Assembly (NCBI RefSeq): GCF_006345805.1
Contig: NC_043024.1
Span: 15,376,001 to 15,440,000 of the forward strand
DNA length: 64,000 nucleotides
Source of the DNA: Octopus sinensis
Lineage: Eukaryota
Direction of reading: 5' to 3'
Under the pieces are notes generated by a model. That model saw nothing but the letters and a program-made list of their open reading frames with translations, did no database searches and had not been told where the DNA came from. A program made the position numbers and the translations under genes. Numbering within the stretch: the first letter of the stretch is position 1; every line of letters starts with the position of its first letter. Of this stretch, positions 39,234 through 51,435 are shown one piece after another.

Positions 39234-39265
<32 letters not shown>

Positions 39266-39277
39266 CATATACATATA

Positions 39278-39335
<58 letters not shown>

Positions 39336-39353
39336 GTGTGTGTATATATATAT

Positions 39354-39787
39354 AGGTGCAGGTGTGGCTGTGTAGTAAGATGGTTCTGGGTACAAGACAA
39401 GTGTCTTCTAATGTAGCCTCAGACCACCCAAATCCTTGTCAGTGGATTTGGTAGATGGAAACTGGAAGAAGCCCGACATATATATATATGTGTCTGTGTG
39501 TGTGTGTGCGTGCGTGTTTATGTGTCTGTGTTTTGTCCCTCTGTCCTCTCACCCATCATCACTTGACAACAGATGTTGATGTGCTTACATCCCCGTAACT
39601 TAGCAGTTCGGCAAAAGAAACTGATAGAATAAGTACTAGGCTTACAAAGAATAACTCCTGTGGGCAATTTGTTTAACTAAAGGCAGTGCTCCAGTATGGC
39701 CACAGTCAAATGGCTGAAACAAGTAAAAGAATAAAAGAATGTATATATATGATTTTGTGCTTAAATGTATGTATGCATGAGTGTATG

Positions 39788-39818
<31 letters not shown>

Positions 39819-39958
39819 ATACACACACACATACATACATACATACATTTAAACACAAAATCATATATATACATTCTTTTATTCCTATATATATATATAT
39901 ATATATACATATATACATTTATATATATATATGTGTATATATATATATATATATATTC

Positions 39959-40042
<84 letters not shown>

Positions 40043-40208
40043 GTGATTGTGTGTGTATATATACATCTGTGCGTGTGTGTGTGTGTGTGTGTACACATAT
40101 AAGAAGACCTTACTAGTTTTAACTTATCAAATACTTTCACGAGATTTTTATTTGCCAGGAACTATAATAGATATTATGTGTTCAAGGTACTTACAGCAAA
40201 ATTGAATC
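39354..40208 (+). repeat. Local duplication (diverged SINE plus microsatellites plus unique tail), repeated at 48024-48777
   Basis: Shared diagnostic sequence ending CAAGGTACTTACAGCAAAATTGAATCT. Confidence 0.85.
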
Positions 40209-40764
40209 TATCATTAGTACTAGGTTTAAAAGTAGGTCTTCAAGTGGTTTTCAAGCATAGCCGAATTCAAATGACTGAAAGAAGTTAAAGAATAAAAGGA
40301 TATATATATATATATGGAGATGTACTTGCATAGCAAGTGATTTGATCTGAGATCGTGTGCTGAAACGAAAATAATTGTAGCGTGGAAGGTATTTGTTAGC
40401 CATTTAAGAAACACACAAAAGCCGTTCGATTCACTTAACATTTAAGTTTAGTGAACAGGTCACGGTCTAAAGCGACGAAAATATTTTGACAAATTAACCT
40501 TAAATGTTGAAGTGAATCGGATGGCTTTTGTGTGTTTCTTAAATGGCTTACAAACACCTACCATGCTAAATATAAATGGATATAATACAGAATCTCCTAC
40601 TTCCTCTCAATGATCATACACCCTATAATCAGGATGTCACCTGATGTTTGTGACAGCACAGAAGATCTCCTCAGCAGGATCAGTGACTGTAACAAAACTT
40701 GTGACTTGACAGGATGAATAGTGGGTAGCAATTCCTATACCCATCGATTGACGTAGATTTTGCA

Positions 40765-41935
40765 GTGGAGAAGTGTGTGGAGATGATCAACGAGAGCCAG
40801 GTGGAGTTTTATAATGTCAACATAGAAGAACTGGGCCTCCTACTTAGACTGACATGTAATAATGAATACTTAGATAAACATAATCTTAGTAGTTTCTGCC
40901 CCAGTAGAGGTTTAAGAGGTAGACCGCCTACAATTACTTCTATGGCTAGGAAGACACATATAGAAAGATGGCGCGGATGGACCAGAGCCATACGGAGCCC
41001 CGCAAATGTCCATCAGGTAAAGAAAATGATCGCACATGCACTAGGAGCTAGTATAAGAGTTACCCTAAAAGGCCACACGTTTAAATTTAATAATAAAATA
41101 TGTGCCCAGGACGAGGGGGCAGCCATCAGTGTTAGTATCGCTGGTGATGTGGCCAACCTTTTCATGGTATGGTGGGACAGAAGGCTTAAAGAACGCCTAC
41201 TGCAGAAATCCATACTTGTAAACATGTACTCTCGCTATGTTGATGATATCAACATAGTGGTAAAGGCACCCCCACAAGAGAGTAATGTTGATATAGTAAT
41301 AGAAACTAATACTATGGAGAGCATCCAGCAAATAGCTAACTCCATCCACCAGAGTATTAAGGTCACAATAGACTACCCCACTAAACACCCCAACCATAGA
41401 CTACCAGTACTAGACACTGAACTCTGGCTAGAAATTGTGAATAATAAAACCCAAATCCTTCATTCATACTATGCCAAACCTATGGCCTCAAAATACCTGA
41501 TCCACCGGAACTCAGCCATTGCGGGCAATGCCAAATTCAATATTTTGATGGCAGACCTCGTCAGAATAATGAGAAATGTGTCACGCATGTCCGAGCCTAC
41601 AGAGTTTAAGAGACACATACAATATTTCATTCACCGCATGCAGTTCTCAGGTTACAGCCATAAAGAAAGGATCAGAGTATAAAAAGGAGCCATGAAGAAA
41701 TTTGATAATATATTATGTAATGATAGGAATGGGATTTGCCCACTCTATAGGAACAAGTCATGGAACACTATAGAAAGGACAAAAAAGAAAATAGGGAAGG
41801 CCAACTCTTGGTATGATAGCCATAAATACCAGAGTGTCATGTTCGTTGACACCACCCCTGGAGGTGAACTGGCGTACCGCTTTAGAAGGACCCTAGACGA
41901 ACTTAAGCTAAGAATTAAGGTTGTTGGAAAGACAG
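40765..41935 (+). mobile_element. Truncated Penelope-like RT of a second clade (Naiad/Chlamys-like)
   Basis: Q.EGAAI.VSIAG.VANLFM.WWD, RYVDD, DYP..HPN.RLPVLD, Y.KPMAS, FSGY, PLYR, MFVD.TP.GELA; one internal stop at 41680-41682. Clade assignment is from memory. Confidence 0.75.
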
Positions 41936-42282
41936 GCAAATATATATATTTTTTTTTTTAAATTTCGATTCGATTTATTATTATTATTACTAGTATTGTT
42001 GTTATACTTACATACATACAAGCATATGTAATGATAATAATGGGTGGATGTAAACACATGAACAAAATAAGAACAAAAACAACAACAAAAACAAAATACA
42101 AATTACATGAATGTATATAAACAGAAGATACAAATATTACAGGCATCCCCCCCACGCACACACACTAAATAAACATAGACGCACATAGAGGTATAAGCAT
42201 GCGCAAATGAAGACATACAATAGAAATACAAAATGGTTGATGGTTAGTAAGGAGAGACACAAATGAGTAAGAATAAAACAAA

Positions 42283-42327
42283 GGACCACTGATGCGGTCA
42301 CAGGAGTGTGACGAAAGAACTCTGGCC
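42283..42327 (+). ncRNA. Minimal type I hammerhead (A9 substituted) in a PLE pLTR-type repeat
   Basis: GGaCCA-CUGAUGc-g-GUCAC AGGAGU GUGAC-GAA-AGAACU-C|UGGCC. Confidence 0.65.
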
Positions 42328-42464
42328 GAAATAAGATTAAGATTAATGTAAAAAATAAAAAACACTGAAGCAAAATAACACCAAATATATAGTGCATGTG
42401 TTTTTATTGGCTAAACTGGCAATATAACCATTCCGAAATATAACAATATATATATATATATATA

Positions 42465-42854
42465 CTAGCAGTATCACCCGGCGTTGCTCGGGTTTGTTTC
42501 GACCCTTTAGAATTGGAATTTTTGAAAAGTAAAAATGTTGCATTATGTAGCTTGTTATTCTCTTTAAGTGAACATTTTTCTGGTTGAAATACACCGAAAA
42601 ATGGTGACACAGCAGTCAAAAAATCGTAAAAAATAGGGCTTTTCATAGAAAAAAAGCACCTTTTTGATGTAAATAATTTTTGGTGTTAACATGGACAGAT
42701 TTGAATTTTTTCTTGTATGGAAGGAAGAGCAAGCCTTCTTCTATCATACTCTCAATTTTGATCAGCTTGCGCAGCTGGGTCTCGGAGGAGATAGTGTTAG
42801 TTGAAGGCTACCAAACCTGCCATACACAGACAACCTCAGCTTTATATATAGAGA
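42465..42854 (-). mobile_element. Non-autonomous Helitron; opposite-strand homolog at about 47611-47981
   Basis: 5' TCTCTATATATAAAG; 3' CCCGAGCAACGCCGGG hairpin plus CTAG|T. Confidence 0.75.
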
Positions 42855-43914
42855 GGTTTCACTCAACTTTCACTGTTACCTTCCTCTGTCAATAAATATC
42901 CAGTTATTCTTAAACTTACTTCAAAATGATGATGAACATCACCACTGCTATCATCATCATTTTAACATCCACTCTCCTATGCCTGCATGGGTCAGGTGGA
43001 ATATGTTGAAGGGCAATTTCCACAGTTGGATGCTCTTCCTGTCCCCAAGCTTTATATGTTTCTAAATAAGGTAATATCTCCACCCTGGCTGGACTGGTTT
43101 CCATGAAGATTGGAATCCAATCACACCATTTGCATTGCAGTGACACCCTTAACAGACAACATATCATTTCCTGTACCCTGTAATAAAGTATGGGGTCATT
43201 TAATAATTGTTGCTAAACCAACACTGCGACCCACCACCCTCTACTTTGGTAAATGCTGTCTCTCAGCACTTTTGCGTCGATACTTACTGACCAGTGATAC
43301 ATTGATGACTGTTTCATCTCAGTATGACCCTCACTCCTCCATGGGTTGGCTTGGTGTTGAGTCAAATATTTATTGTTGCCGTGGTGGTCATAAAATCCAA
43401 TTATTTTCTATGTTGCATGTAGTGTAGATATCTCATATGTAATATCTTTATTGTTGAGCCGCACGTGGTGTTTGATGTGGTCCTGCACAGAATCACTACG
43501 GTTTGTAGGATGGAGTCATACATACATATATGCATTCCTACATACATACATGCATGCATGCATGCATGCATACATACATACATACATACAGGCATATATA
43601 CATATGTATGTATGTATACAATGTTAGAGGTATGGGTATAGGAGCACATGCATAATATACTTGCATGTATGCATGTATATATATATATACATATATATAT
43701 AATATATATGTATATATATACGTATGTATATATATATAAACACACATGTGTATGTACGTATATATAAATTTGAAATTACAATCAAGAGAACAGAGTACAT
43801 AATAATGTAAATTGTAACTATATATGCGTGAATATATACATACATACATACATACATACATACATACATACATACATTGATACCTAAACATATGTATACA
43901 TATCCATAAGTCTA

Positions 43915-44443
43915 CTACAGAAAATGAAACTTAGCACGCGAAGTTCTTTGAAGTTCGCGCTCCGCTTGTGTGTGTGTGTGTGTGTGTGCGTGCTTTAGGT
44001 GTACGTAGGTATGTGTTTTTGTGTGTGTGTCACTGAAGCCATACATACATATATACATACATAACCTCTCTCTCTCTCTTTTCTGTCTCAGTCACTCACT
44101 ACGAAAAGTGAATTACTTTCACTTTAATTGTTGCAGACTTGCAAAGAGAAAGGAGTAGAAATTAGAGTGATGGCATGAGTGAATCAGATCGCTCTGTTTT
44201 TGTGTGTGTGTGTGTGCGTGTGCTGTAGCCCACACTAAGAAAAGCACTTCACTTAGACACCACAATGTGAGTTTTCTCTAAATTTTGTTTAATTGGGGTT
44301 GAAATTTTAAAAACCGGACCTGGCACGACCCGATTTATTCTACTCTTAAAAATGCTAGGTAAATTGTAATTGAAGAAATCCTATATTGTAGATTTCTATA
44401 AGAGACGAAGGGAAGCAGATAAAATCTGCCTTTTATAATAAGA
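43915..44443 (-). mobile_element. Non-autonomous Helitron, second family
   Basis: 5' TCTTATTATAAAAGGCAG shared with 46130-46800; GC hairpin near the 3' end. Confidence 0.55.
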
Positions 44444-44837
44444 CTAGCAGTATCGCCCGGCGTTGCTCGAGTTTGTAAGGGAAATAATTATATAAGCATT
44501 TTTAGAGATGTAAAGTATAATAGCCATCTCAATATGGCTAACCACAAAGGGGGAGGGGTGTTACTGTAGCTTTTTACGTTCTGAGATTTAATAATAAATT
44601 TTAGAGAGTTACTTCCCTTATATATGTCAAAAATGGATTAAAAATGGGAAAAATTGATGGCAAATTTTTTTTAAATCGTAGACTCATCGTAGACGCGCGC
44701 TAATACCCAGACGGTCTCGATATGAATCACGACTATAAGATACCCGGTTTTGGTTAAACTGCACCGCAAAATGTGGGAGTAGTTAGGAATCTAAATCGTA
44801 GGAGACAGACACACAACCTCACTTTTATATATAAAGA
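44444..44837 (-). mobile_element. Non-autonomous Helitron joined head-to-tail to the preceding one
   Basis: A|TCTTTATATATAAAAG start; hairpin plus CTAG end abuts the first T of the 43915-44443 element. Confidence 0.75.
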
Positions 44838-44939
44838 TTTCCTCTATTTACATAATATTGAGGTCTCTTTCTTTCTTTTGTTATCTTACTGTTTTTACCA
44901 TATACATATATATATATATATATATAAATATATATAGTT

Positions 44940-45257
44940 ACAGAGATGTACTTGCATAGCAAGTGACTTGATCTGAGATCGTGTGCTGGAACGAAAACAG
45001 TTGCAGCGTTGAAGGTGTTTATAAGCCATTTAAGAAACACACAAAAACCGTTAGATTCACTTCAACATTTAAATTTAATTTGTCAAAATATTTCATCGCT
45101 TTGAGACCGCGACCTGTTAGCACGATATTTTTGTCAGTGAACAGGTCGCGGTCTCAAAGCGACGAAAATATTTTGGCAAATTAAATTTAAATGTTGAAGT
45201 GAATTAACGGTTTTAGTGTGTTTCTTAAATGGCTTACAAACACCTTCCACGCTGCAA
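44940..45257. repeat. PLE pLTR-type palindrome (arms 45001-45118 and 45140-45257)
   Basis: Near-perfect inverted arms; same family as 38453 and 40300. Confidence 0.85.
45130..45180 (+). ncRNA. Candidate hammerhead variant with G3-C8 covariation
   Basis: UUUGUCA-GUGAACA-g-GUCGC GGUCUCAAA GCGAC-GAA-AAUAUU-U|UGGCAAA. Confidence 0.55.
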
Positions 45258-45612
45258 TATATATATACACACATTATATATGTATATGTATGTATGTATG
45301 TGTGTATATGTGTATGCATGTATGTGTGTGTGTGCGTGTCTGTGCTTGTGATTGTCCTCCACCACTGCTTGACAACGAATGTTGTTTGTTTACATCCCTG
45401 TCACCTAGTGGTTTGACAAAGGAAACAGATAGAATAAGTACAATGCTTACAAAAATAAAAAGTGGAGTTGATTCATTAAACTACAATTCTTCAAGGCATT
45501 GCCCCAGCATGGCCACAGACAAATGGCTGGAAAAAGCAGAAGAATAAAAGAATACATTCTCTGCTTTGGTCAAGGCATGAGAAAGCTTGAGTTTACATGA
45601 GAAGGCCTAACA

Positions 45613-45980
45613 GACCTGGTAGAAACAGCAGCCAAATCTCCCTCAAATCACACCTTACTGTCTTATGTATGTATATATATATGAGCAAATGAGGGGGACC
45701 TCTACATGGTAGCTAGACCTGGTAGAAATAGCAGCAAATTTCCCCCAATCACACCTTACTGTCTTATATGTATATATGTATGTATGAGCCTATGAGGGAG
45801 ACCCCTACATGGCAGCTAGACCTGGTAGAAATAGCAGCCAAATTTTCCCCAAATCACACCTTACTGTCTTATCTATGTATATATGTATGTATGAGCCTAT
45901 GAGGGAGACCCCTACATGGCAGCTAGACATGGTAGAAATAGCAGCCAAATCTCCCTCAAATTACACCTTACTGTCTTATC
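45613..45980 (+). repeat. About 103-bp tandem repeat, about 3.6 copies
   Basis: Unit contains GACCTGGTAGAAATAGCAGCCAAAT...CACACCTTACTGTCTTAT. Confidence 0.85.
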
Positions 45981-46216
45981 TTTCTGCTACTTGGATATAG
46001 GTGTTATATTCGTCGTTAAAAAAACTTTCCTATCACACACTCACGCACACGCACACCACACACACACACACACGCACCCACACACACACGCGCACACACC
46101 ACACACACCCACTCACACACACGCACGTTAGCTTACAATTTTATTTTATATTTGCGTGTGTATGTGTGGAAAGAGGAAGTGGGAAGCAGAGTGAAAGAAT
46201 CAATCACTACAGTAAG

Positions 46217-46791
46217 TCAATTACTTTCATTTTATTCGTTGCCCACTGTGTGTGTGCGTTTGCGTGTGGTGTTAAACCAGACTAAGAAAAGCATTTGACA
46301 CACACACCAGAATGTGAGTTTCTTGTAATTTTGCTTAATTGGAGTTTAAATTTTAAAAACTGGACCTGGCATGACGCGATGCATTGTACTCTTAAAACTG
46401 CTAGGTAAATTGTAATTGAAGAAATCCTATATTGTAGATTTGTATAACTCCCAAGGGAGGCAGATAAAATCTGCCTTTTATAATAAGAGATTATAATAAG
46501 AGATATATATATATATAATATCTTATTATAAAAGGCAGACTTATCTGCCTCCCTTGTAAGTTATAGAAATCTACAATATAGGGTTTCTTCAATTACATTT
46601 ACCTAGCATTTTAGAGATTTTAGAGTTAGAATGCATTGGTCATGCCAGGTCCAGTTTTTAAATTTAAACTCCAATTAAGCAAAATTTACAGAAAACTCAC
46701 ATTCTCGTGTGTATGTCAAATGCTTTTCTTAGTCTGGTTTACAGCACACGCAAACGCCACACCACAGTGTGCAACGAATAAAATGAAAGTA
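46217..46791. repeat. Head-to-head pair of Helitron 5' segments forming a palindrome with about 280-bp arms
   Basis: 46217-46497 is the imperfect reverse complement of 46518-46791. Confidence 0.8.
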
Positions 46792-47993
46792 AATAGCGAC
46801 AGAGTGATTTGAGGAAGACTAAACTGAAAGTATTTAAACCACTACTCAAAAAATAAAAAAACACAGCAAACAGAAACAAATAAATACATAACGATTTACT
46901 CCTCACACAATTTCTTCAATTAGAATTTACCTAAGATTTTTCAAGTACTCCATTCGCTCATGCCATAATATATTTCTTTCAATTTCACCCCCCATTTAAG
47001 ACAAAATTCGAGAAAACTCAATATTTTAACATTTCACTCCGAAAGCATTGATGTACATGTGTGCGTGCGTGAGTGTGTGTGTGTCTGTGTGTGTGTGTGT
47101 GTGTTTGATGGGTTGTGCGACACAGAAAGTGTGGTGTGTAAGTGAAGTGCTTTTGTTAGTGTGTGTAAAGAGACAGACAGAGTGAAAGACAGAAATAACT
47201 GAAGTTTTCACTATGATATCATCACGTGCGAAAAAATTCGAAGGGTTTTGAACAATTGAGATACAGATGTCACGCCTGTATTGAAACCATTGCTAAGCTG
47301 CCGTAATTGCTTAATTAAGACTTTGTTTAAATTGAAAGGGGCAAATATGTGACGAGGTAGAAAAAAAATACCCCAGAAAAAACAATGTACTGCTGGTATT
47401 TATATAATTCACTACTATTTGCTACAATGTCATGAAAAAGAAAAAAATTAGGTATGTAAATCGAATTCGCCACCCCCTTTTCCCCTTCGTTCGCGTTTGT
47501 GTAAAAAATATTATTATTTAAGTTTTAAAAATTATTACTTTGTTCAAAAAATATTAATATTATTAATTTTCAAGAATTATTTAATTTTATTCTGTAAAAT
47601 AGTAATTAATTCATTTATCTGTAAATCCACGAGGTTGTTACTCAGGCACCTACAATGGTAACCTTCAACTAACACTATCTCCTCCGAGACCCTGCGGCGC
47701 AAGTTGACCAAAATTGATAGTATGGTAGAAGAAGGGTTGCTCTTCCTTCCGTAGAGCATAAAATTCAAATCGGACCATGTTAACACCAAAAATTATTTAC
47801 ATCAAAAAGATGCTTTTTTCTATGAAAATCCCTATTTTTACGATTTTTTCACTGCTGTGTCGCCACTTTTCGGTGTATTTCGACCAGAAAAATGTTCACA
47901 AAATTTTTACTTTTCAAATTTTCAAAATTACAATTCCAGCGGGTCGAAACAAACCCGAGCAACGCCGGGCGATACTGCTAGTATATATATATA

Positions 47994-48025
<32 letters not shown>

Positions 48026-48555
48026 GGTGCAAGCGTGGCTGTGTAGTAAGATGGTTCTGGGTACATGACAAGTGTCTTCTAATGTAGTCTCAGACCACCC
48101 AAATGCTTGTCAGTGGATTTGGTAGATGGAAACTGGAAGAAGCCCGACGTATATATATATGTGTGTGTCTGTGTGTGTGTGTGTGTGTGTGCGTGCGTGT
48201 TTATGTGTCTGTGTTTTGTCCCTCTGTCCTCTCACCCATCATCACTTGACAACAGATGTTGATGTGCTTACATCCCTGTAACTTAGCAGTTCGGCAAAAG
48301 AAACCGATAGAATAAGTACTAGGCTTACAAAGAATAACTCCTGTGGGCAATTTGTTTAACTAAAGGCAGTGCTCCAGTATGGCCACAGTCAAATGGCTGA
48401 ACCAAGTAAAAGAATAAAAGAATGTATATATATATGATTTTGTGCTTAAATGTCTGTATGCATGAGTGTATGTATATATATATATATACACACACACATA
48501 CATACATACATACATTTAAACACAGAATCATATATATACATTCTTTTATTCTTAC

Positions 48556-48616
<61 letters not shown>

Positions 48617-48800
48617 GTGTGATTGTGTGTATATATATACATCTGTGTGTGTGTGTGTGTACACATATAAGAAGACCTTACTAGTTTTAATTTATCAAAT
48701 ACTTTCACAAGATTTTTATTTGCCAGGAACTATAATAGATATTATGTGTTCAAGGTACTTACAGCAAAATTGAATCTCATTATCATTATCATTATTATTA

Positions 48801-49120
48801 TTCTGGTCACTTCCTGGAATTGAACTTGGAATTTTGGCCTTAGTAGCCCGCGCTTTTAACCACTATGCCTTATGCCAATGGGCATATAAAAATAATAATA
48901 ATAATAAAATAATAATAATAATAATAATAAAAATAATAACAACAACAACAACAACAACAACAACATCAAAAAATACCTTAGGAATGAGAACCCAGGTTTG
49001 AAATTTCCCCAAGACACCTGAAGAAGGCTGGAGGGTATATCAGCTGAAATGTTGTGTTAACAACAAACAAGATGAGGACAAATATCCGTCGAATGTAAAT
49101 AATGTAAATAATGTAAATAA
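48801..49120. mobile_element. Inverted tRNA-like head plus (AAT)n(AAC)n plus hammerhead-bearing tail
   Basis: Minus-strand head GGCATAGTGGTTAA...GTTCAATTCC; plus-strand HHR ACAC-CUGAAGA-AGGCUG..CAGCU-GAAAU-GUU|GUGU at 49014-49057. Confidence 0.6.
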
Positions 49121-49194
49121 TGACATATATTTAACATATTACACTCATTTTGTACAATGGATGAATGAACTAGATTCGTAATATTTTCTTTTAG

Positions 49195-50014
49195 ACTTCA
49201 TACCTTTGAAGGAAAGCTCAGAAACCAAACTAGAACCACCAATCTATGGAGAGTATTCACGTTCTGGTAGAGCAATGACATTAACCTCTGTGTCAGGTGG
49301 TGCCAAGGCACTGATTTCCTTTTTCATACGCTCAACAAAACCTGGAAACATTGTTGAATGCCCGGACAACACGATGTTGGCAAAAAGACCTTTTCGGAGT
49401 TCCTCATCACATTTTCATGATTGAGTTATATGTTGTTTTATGAAGACCATCATATCCCATTCCAAGTAAACTTGGCTTGAGCATAGCTTCTGGGACTCGG
49501 AATCGTTCATTTCCAATGGTAATGAATTGTCCATCAGGTAGTTCATAACTCATTTCCAAAGATGAAGAAGAGGCTGTTGTCTCCATTTGCTGTTCAAATT
49601 CTAGAGCAATGCTTTTTAACCTTTTTGCTGGAGCGGAACCCCAAGGAAACATTCCACTGGCTCGGGGAACCCCTGCGCAATAATTTAATAGTCTTATGCA
49701 CACATATTTGCACAGGAGAATTAAAAATTACTGCCGCTTTTAGCTGTTTTGTAACTTCTTGTGGAATCCCTGAACTGTATTGGCGGAACCCTATGGTTCC
49801 GCGGAACCCTGGTTGAAAACCACTGGTCTAGAGCAACATAGCAGAACTTTTCTTTGATGTCACAGACAATTTCCCTCTGAGAAGCTGCGTCAAAGCAATA
49901 GCCACGTTCCATCAAGATCCTCATAAAGTCAAGTTGAGACCAGCAAGGTCCTGATGGATTGCAGTATTTCGTGTAATTAAAGCTTCACAGACAGGGACAA
50001 CTTGGGTGATACTA
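49195..50014 (-). pseudogene. Actin-like pseudogene (5'- and 3'-truncated)
   Basis: ITQVVP...ERGY...[11 protein letters not shown]|FEQ...[16 protein letters not shown]...; frameshifts at about 49410 and 49925, TGG to TAG at 49244-49246, MITE insertion. Confidence 0.9.
49607..49825. mobile_element. hAT (Charlie-type) MITE, 219 bp
   Basis: Termini CAATGCTTTTTAACC and GGTTGAAAACCACTG; 8-bp duplication TTCTAGAG/GTCTAGAG fits the NTCTAGAN Charlie target. Confidence 0.85.
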
Positions 50015-50523
50015 TGACAACTGATGCTGGTGTGTTTACGTCCCCATAACCTAGCGGCTTACATTAATGGTACACATGACTGAGGAGTACTCAGCCACTT
50101 ATCAAATACAATGAACAGATCTGACATTGCTATAGGTCGATGTAAAATGTATTTGTGTATATGTGTGTGTATGTGGTGTTACATGTGTGTTTCTTTATGT
50201 CTGTGTTTTCTCCCCACAATATATATATGTTTTTCTATTTTTTTCCTTTACAAGTTTCAGCCATTAGACTGCGACCATGCTGGAGCACTGTCTAAAAGAA
50301 ATTTTAGTTGAATGTATCAAACCCAGTACTTATTTTTTAAAAGCATGGTAATCATTCTGTCGGTTTCTTTTGCCAAACCACTAAGTTACAATAATAAAGA
50401 CAGTTGATTTGTAAACAAAGAATAAAATACTGTTTGAGGCTTAGCTAGGATGAGTTATCTTCCTTAAATCAGTTCAGTTGGCAAACCTTATGAACTTAAG
50501 TGCTAAACAGGTAATCTCTGCCT

Positions 50524-50931
50524 TTAGGCTGTTTCCAGTCCGCAAGGATTCTTTTTGACTCTAATCAATGAATGGGGAACCCCATGCCTGCAGCAGGTAG
50601 CATTTGAAATGGGGGCAGGGGCTATAAATCTCATGTTTAGAGTTTGAAATAGATCTGGGTCCAGGGAGTCTTTAAGGATCTTTGCTCCCTCTGCTATGCA
50701 AAGCCTGCATTGTCTGCTCCCATTTATGTAAGGCCCTGGTTGCTCTATGATCTTCCATTTAATTTCATGTGGAGTACCTTCATCTTTAAGGTACCATACA
50801 TGGTTAACCTGGGATGTGATGTACCATCTTTCTGGAATCCTGAATGAGTACCTGTGGTGGTATAGGTGCTGCTTAAAGGCAGTTCCAGCTAACCTGATAT
50901 ACCTCCAAACTTGCATGCTGGTAGTGTTCAT
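50524..50931 (-). mobile_element. PLE GIY-YIG fragment
   Basis: YI.LAGTAFKQ....HRYSF...HVWYLK...IKWKII....CRLCIAE. Confidence 0.75.
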
Positions 50932-51059
50932 CTTCTGTTGGCTCCAGGCCTGGGGGTTGTTGCTGCCACTGCTGTTACTGAAGCTGTCATTCGTACTGTT
51001 ATTATGGGATGTGTGTCTGGTGACATTGCTATAGTTATCAATGCCTCAAGAAAGTAATC

Positions 51060-51435
51060 AATGCCTCAAGAAAGAGGTAGTTTATTAATGCACTGTGGAT
51101 ACACAATTTAGCAGTAGGGTATACATCGGAGCAACTATGAACAGCATGAAACAGAGACTTAATTATCATAGATATACTTTAAGAAATATAAATAAGATGT
51201 ACTCTACGGGGTTAAGTGCGTATATTTGGGAACTCAAAAGTAAGAACCTAGATTTGAAATTAAATTGGAAAATACTAACTTCTGCACCTGTATATAATAG
51301 AAAAAAATAAAAAATGCTCTCTATGTATTAATGAAATATTTTTCATTATCAAAGCTGGTAGGCCTATTATTAATAATATTAACGAAAAAAAATTTTTGCA
51401 TTCATAAACTACCGTACACTTTCTCTAGATTTAAA
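51060..51435 (+). mobile_element. PLE GIY-YIG fragment followed by a long AT-rich 3' region
   Basis: VVY...VYIGAT...KQRLNYHRY...LSAYIWELK...NWKIL...CSLC. Confidence 0.8.

Noticed and set aside
43100-43500. Possible coding remnant
   Set aside because: No frame gave a motif I could assign.
45613-45980. Regularly spaced repeats as CRISPR
   Set aside because: The intervening sequences are themselves repeated.
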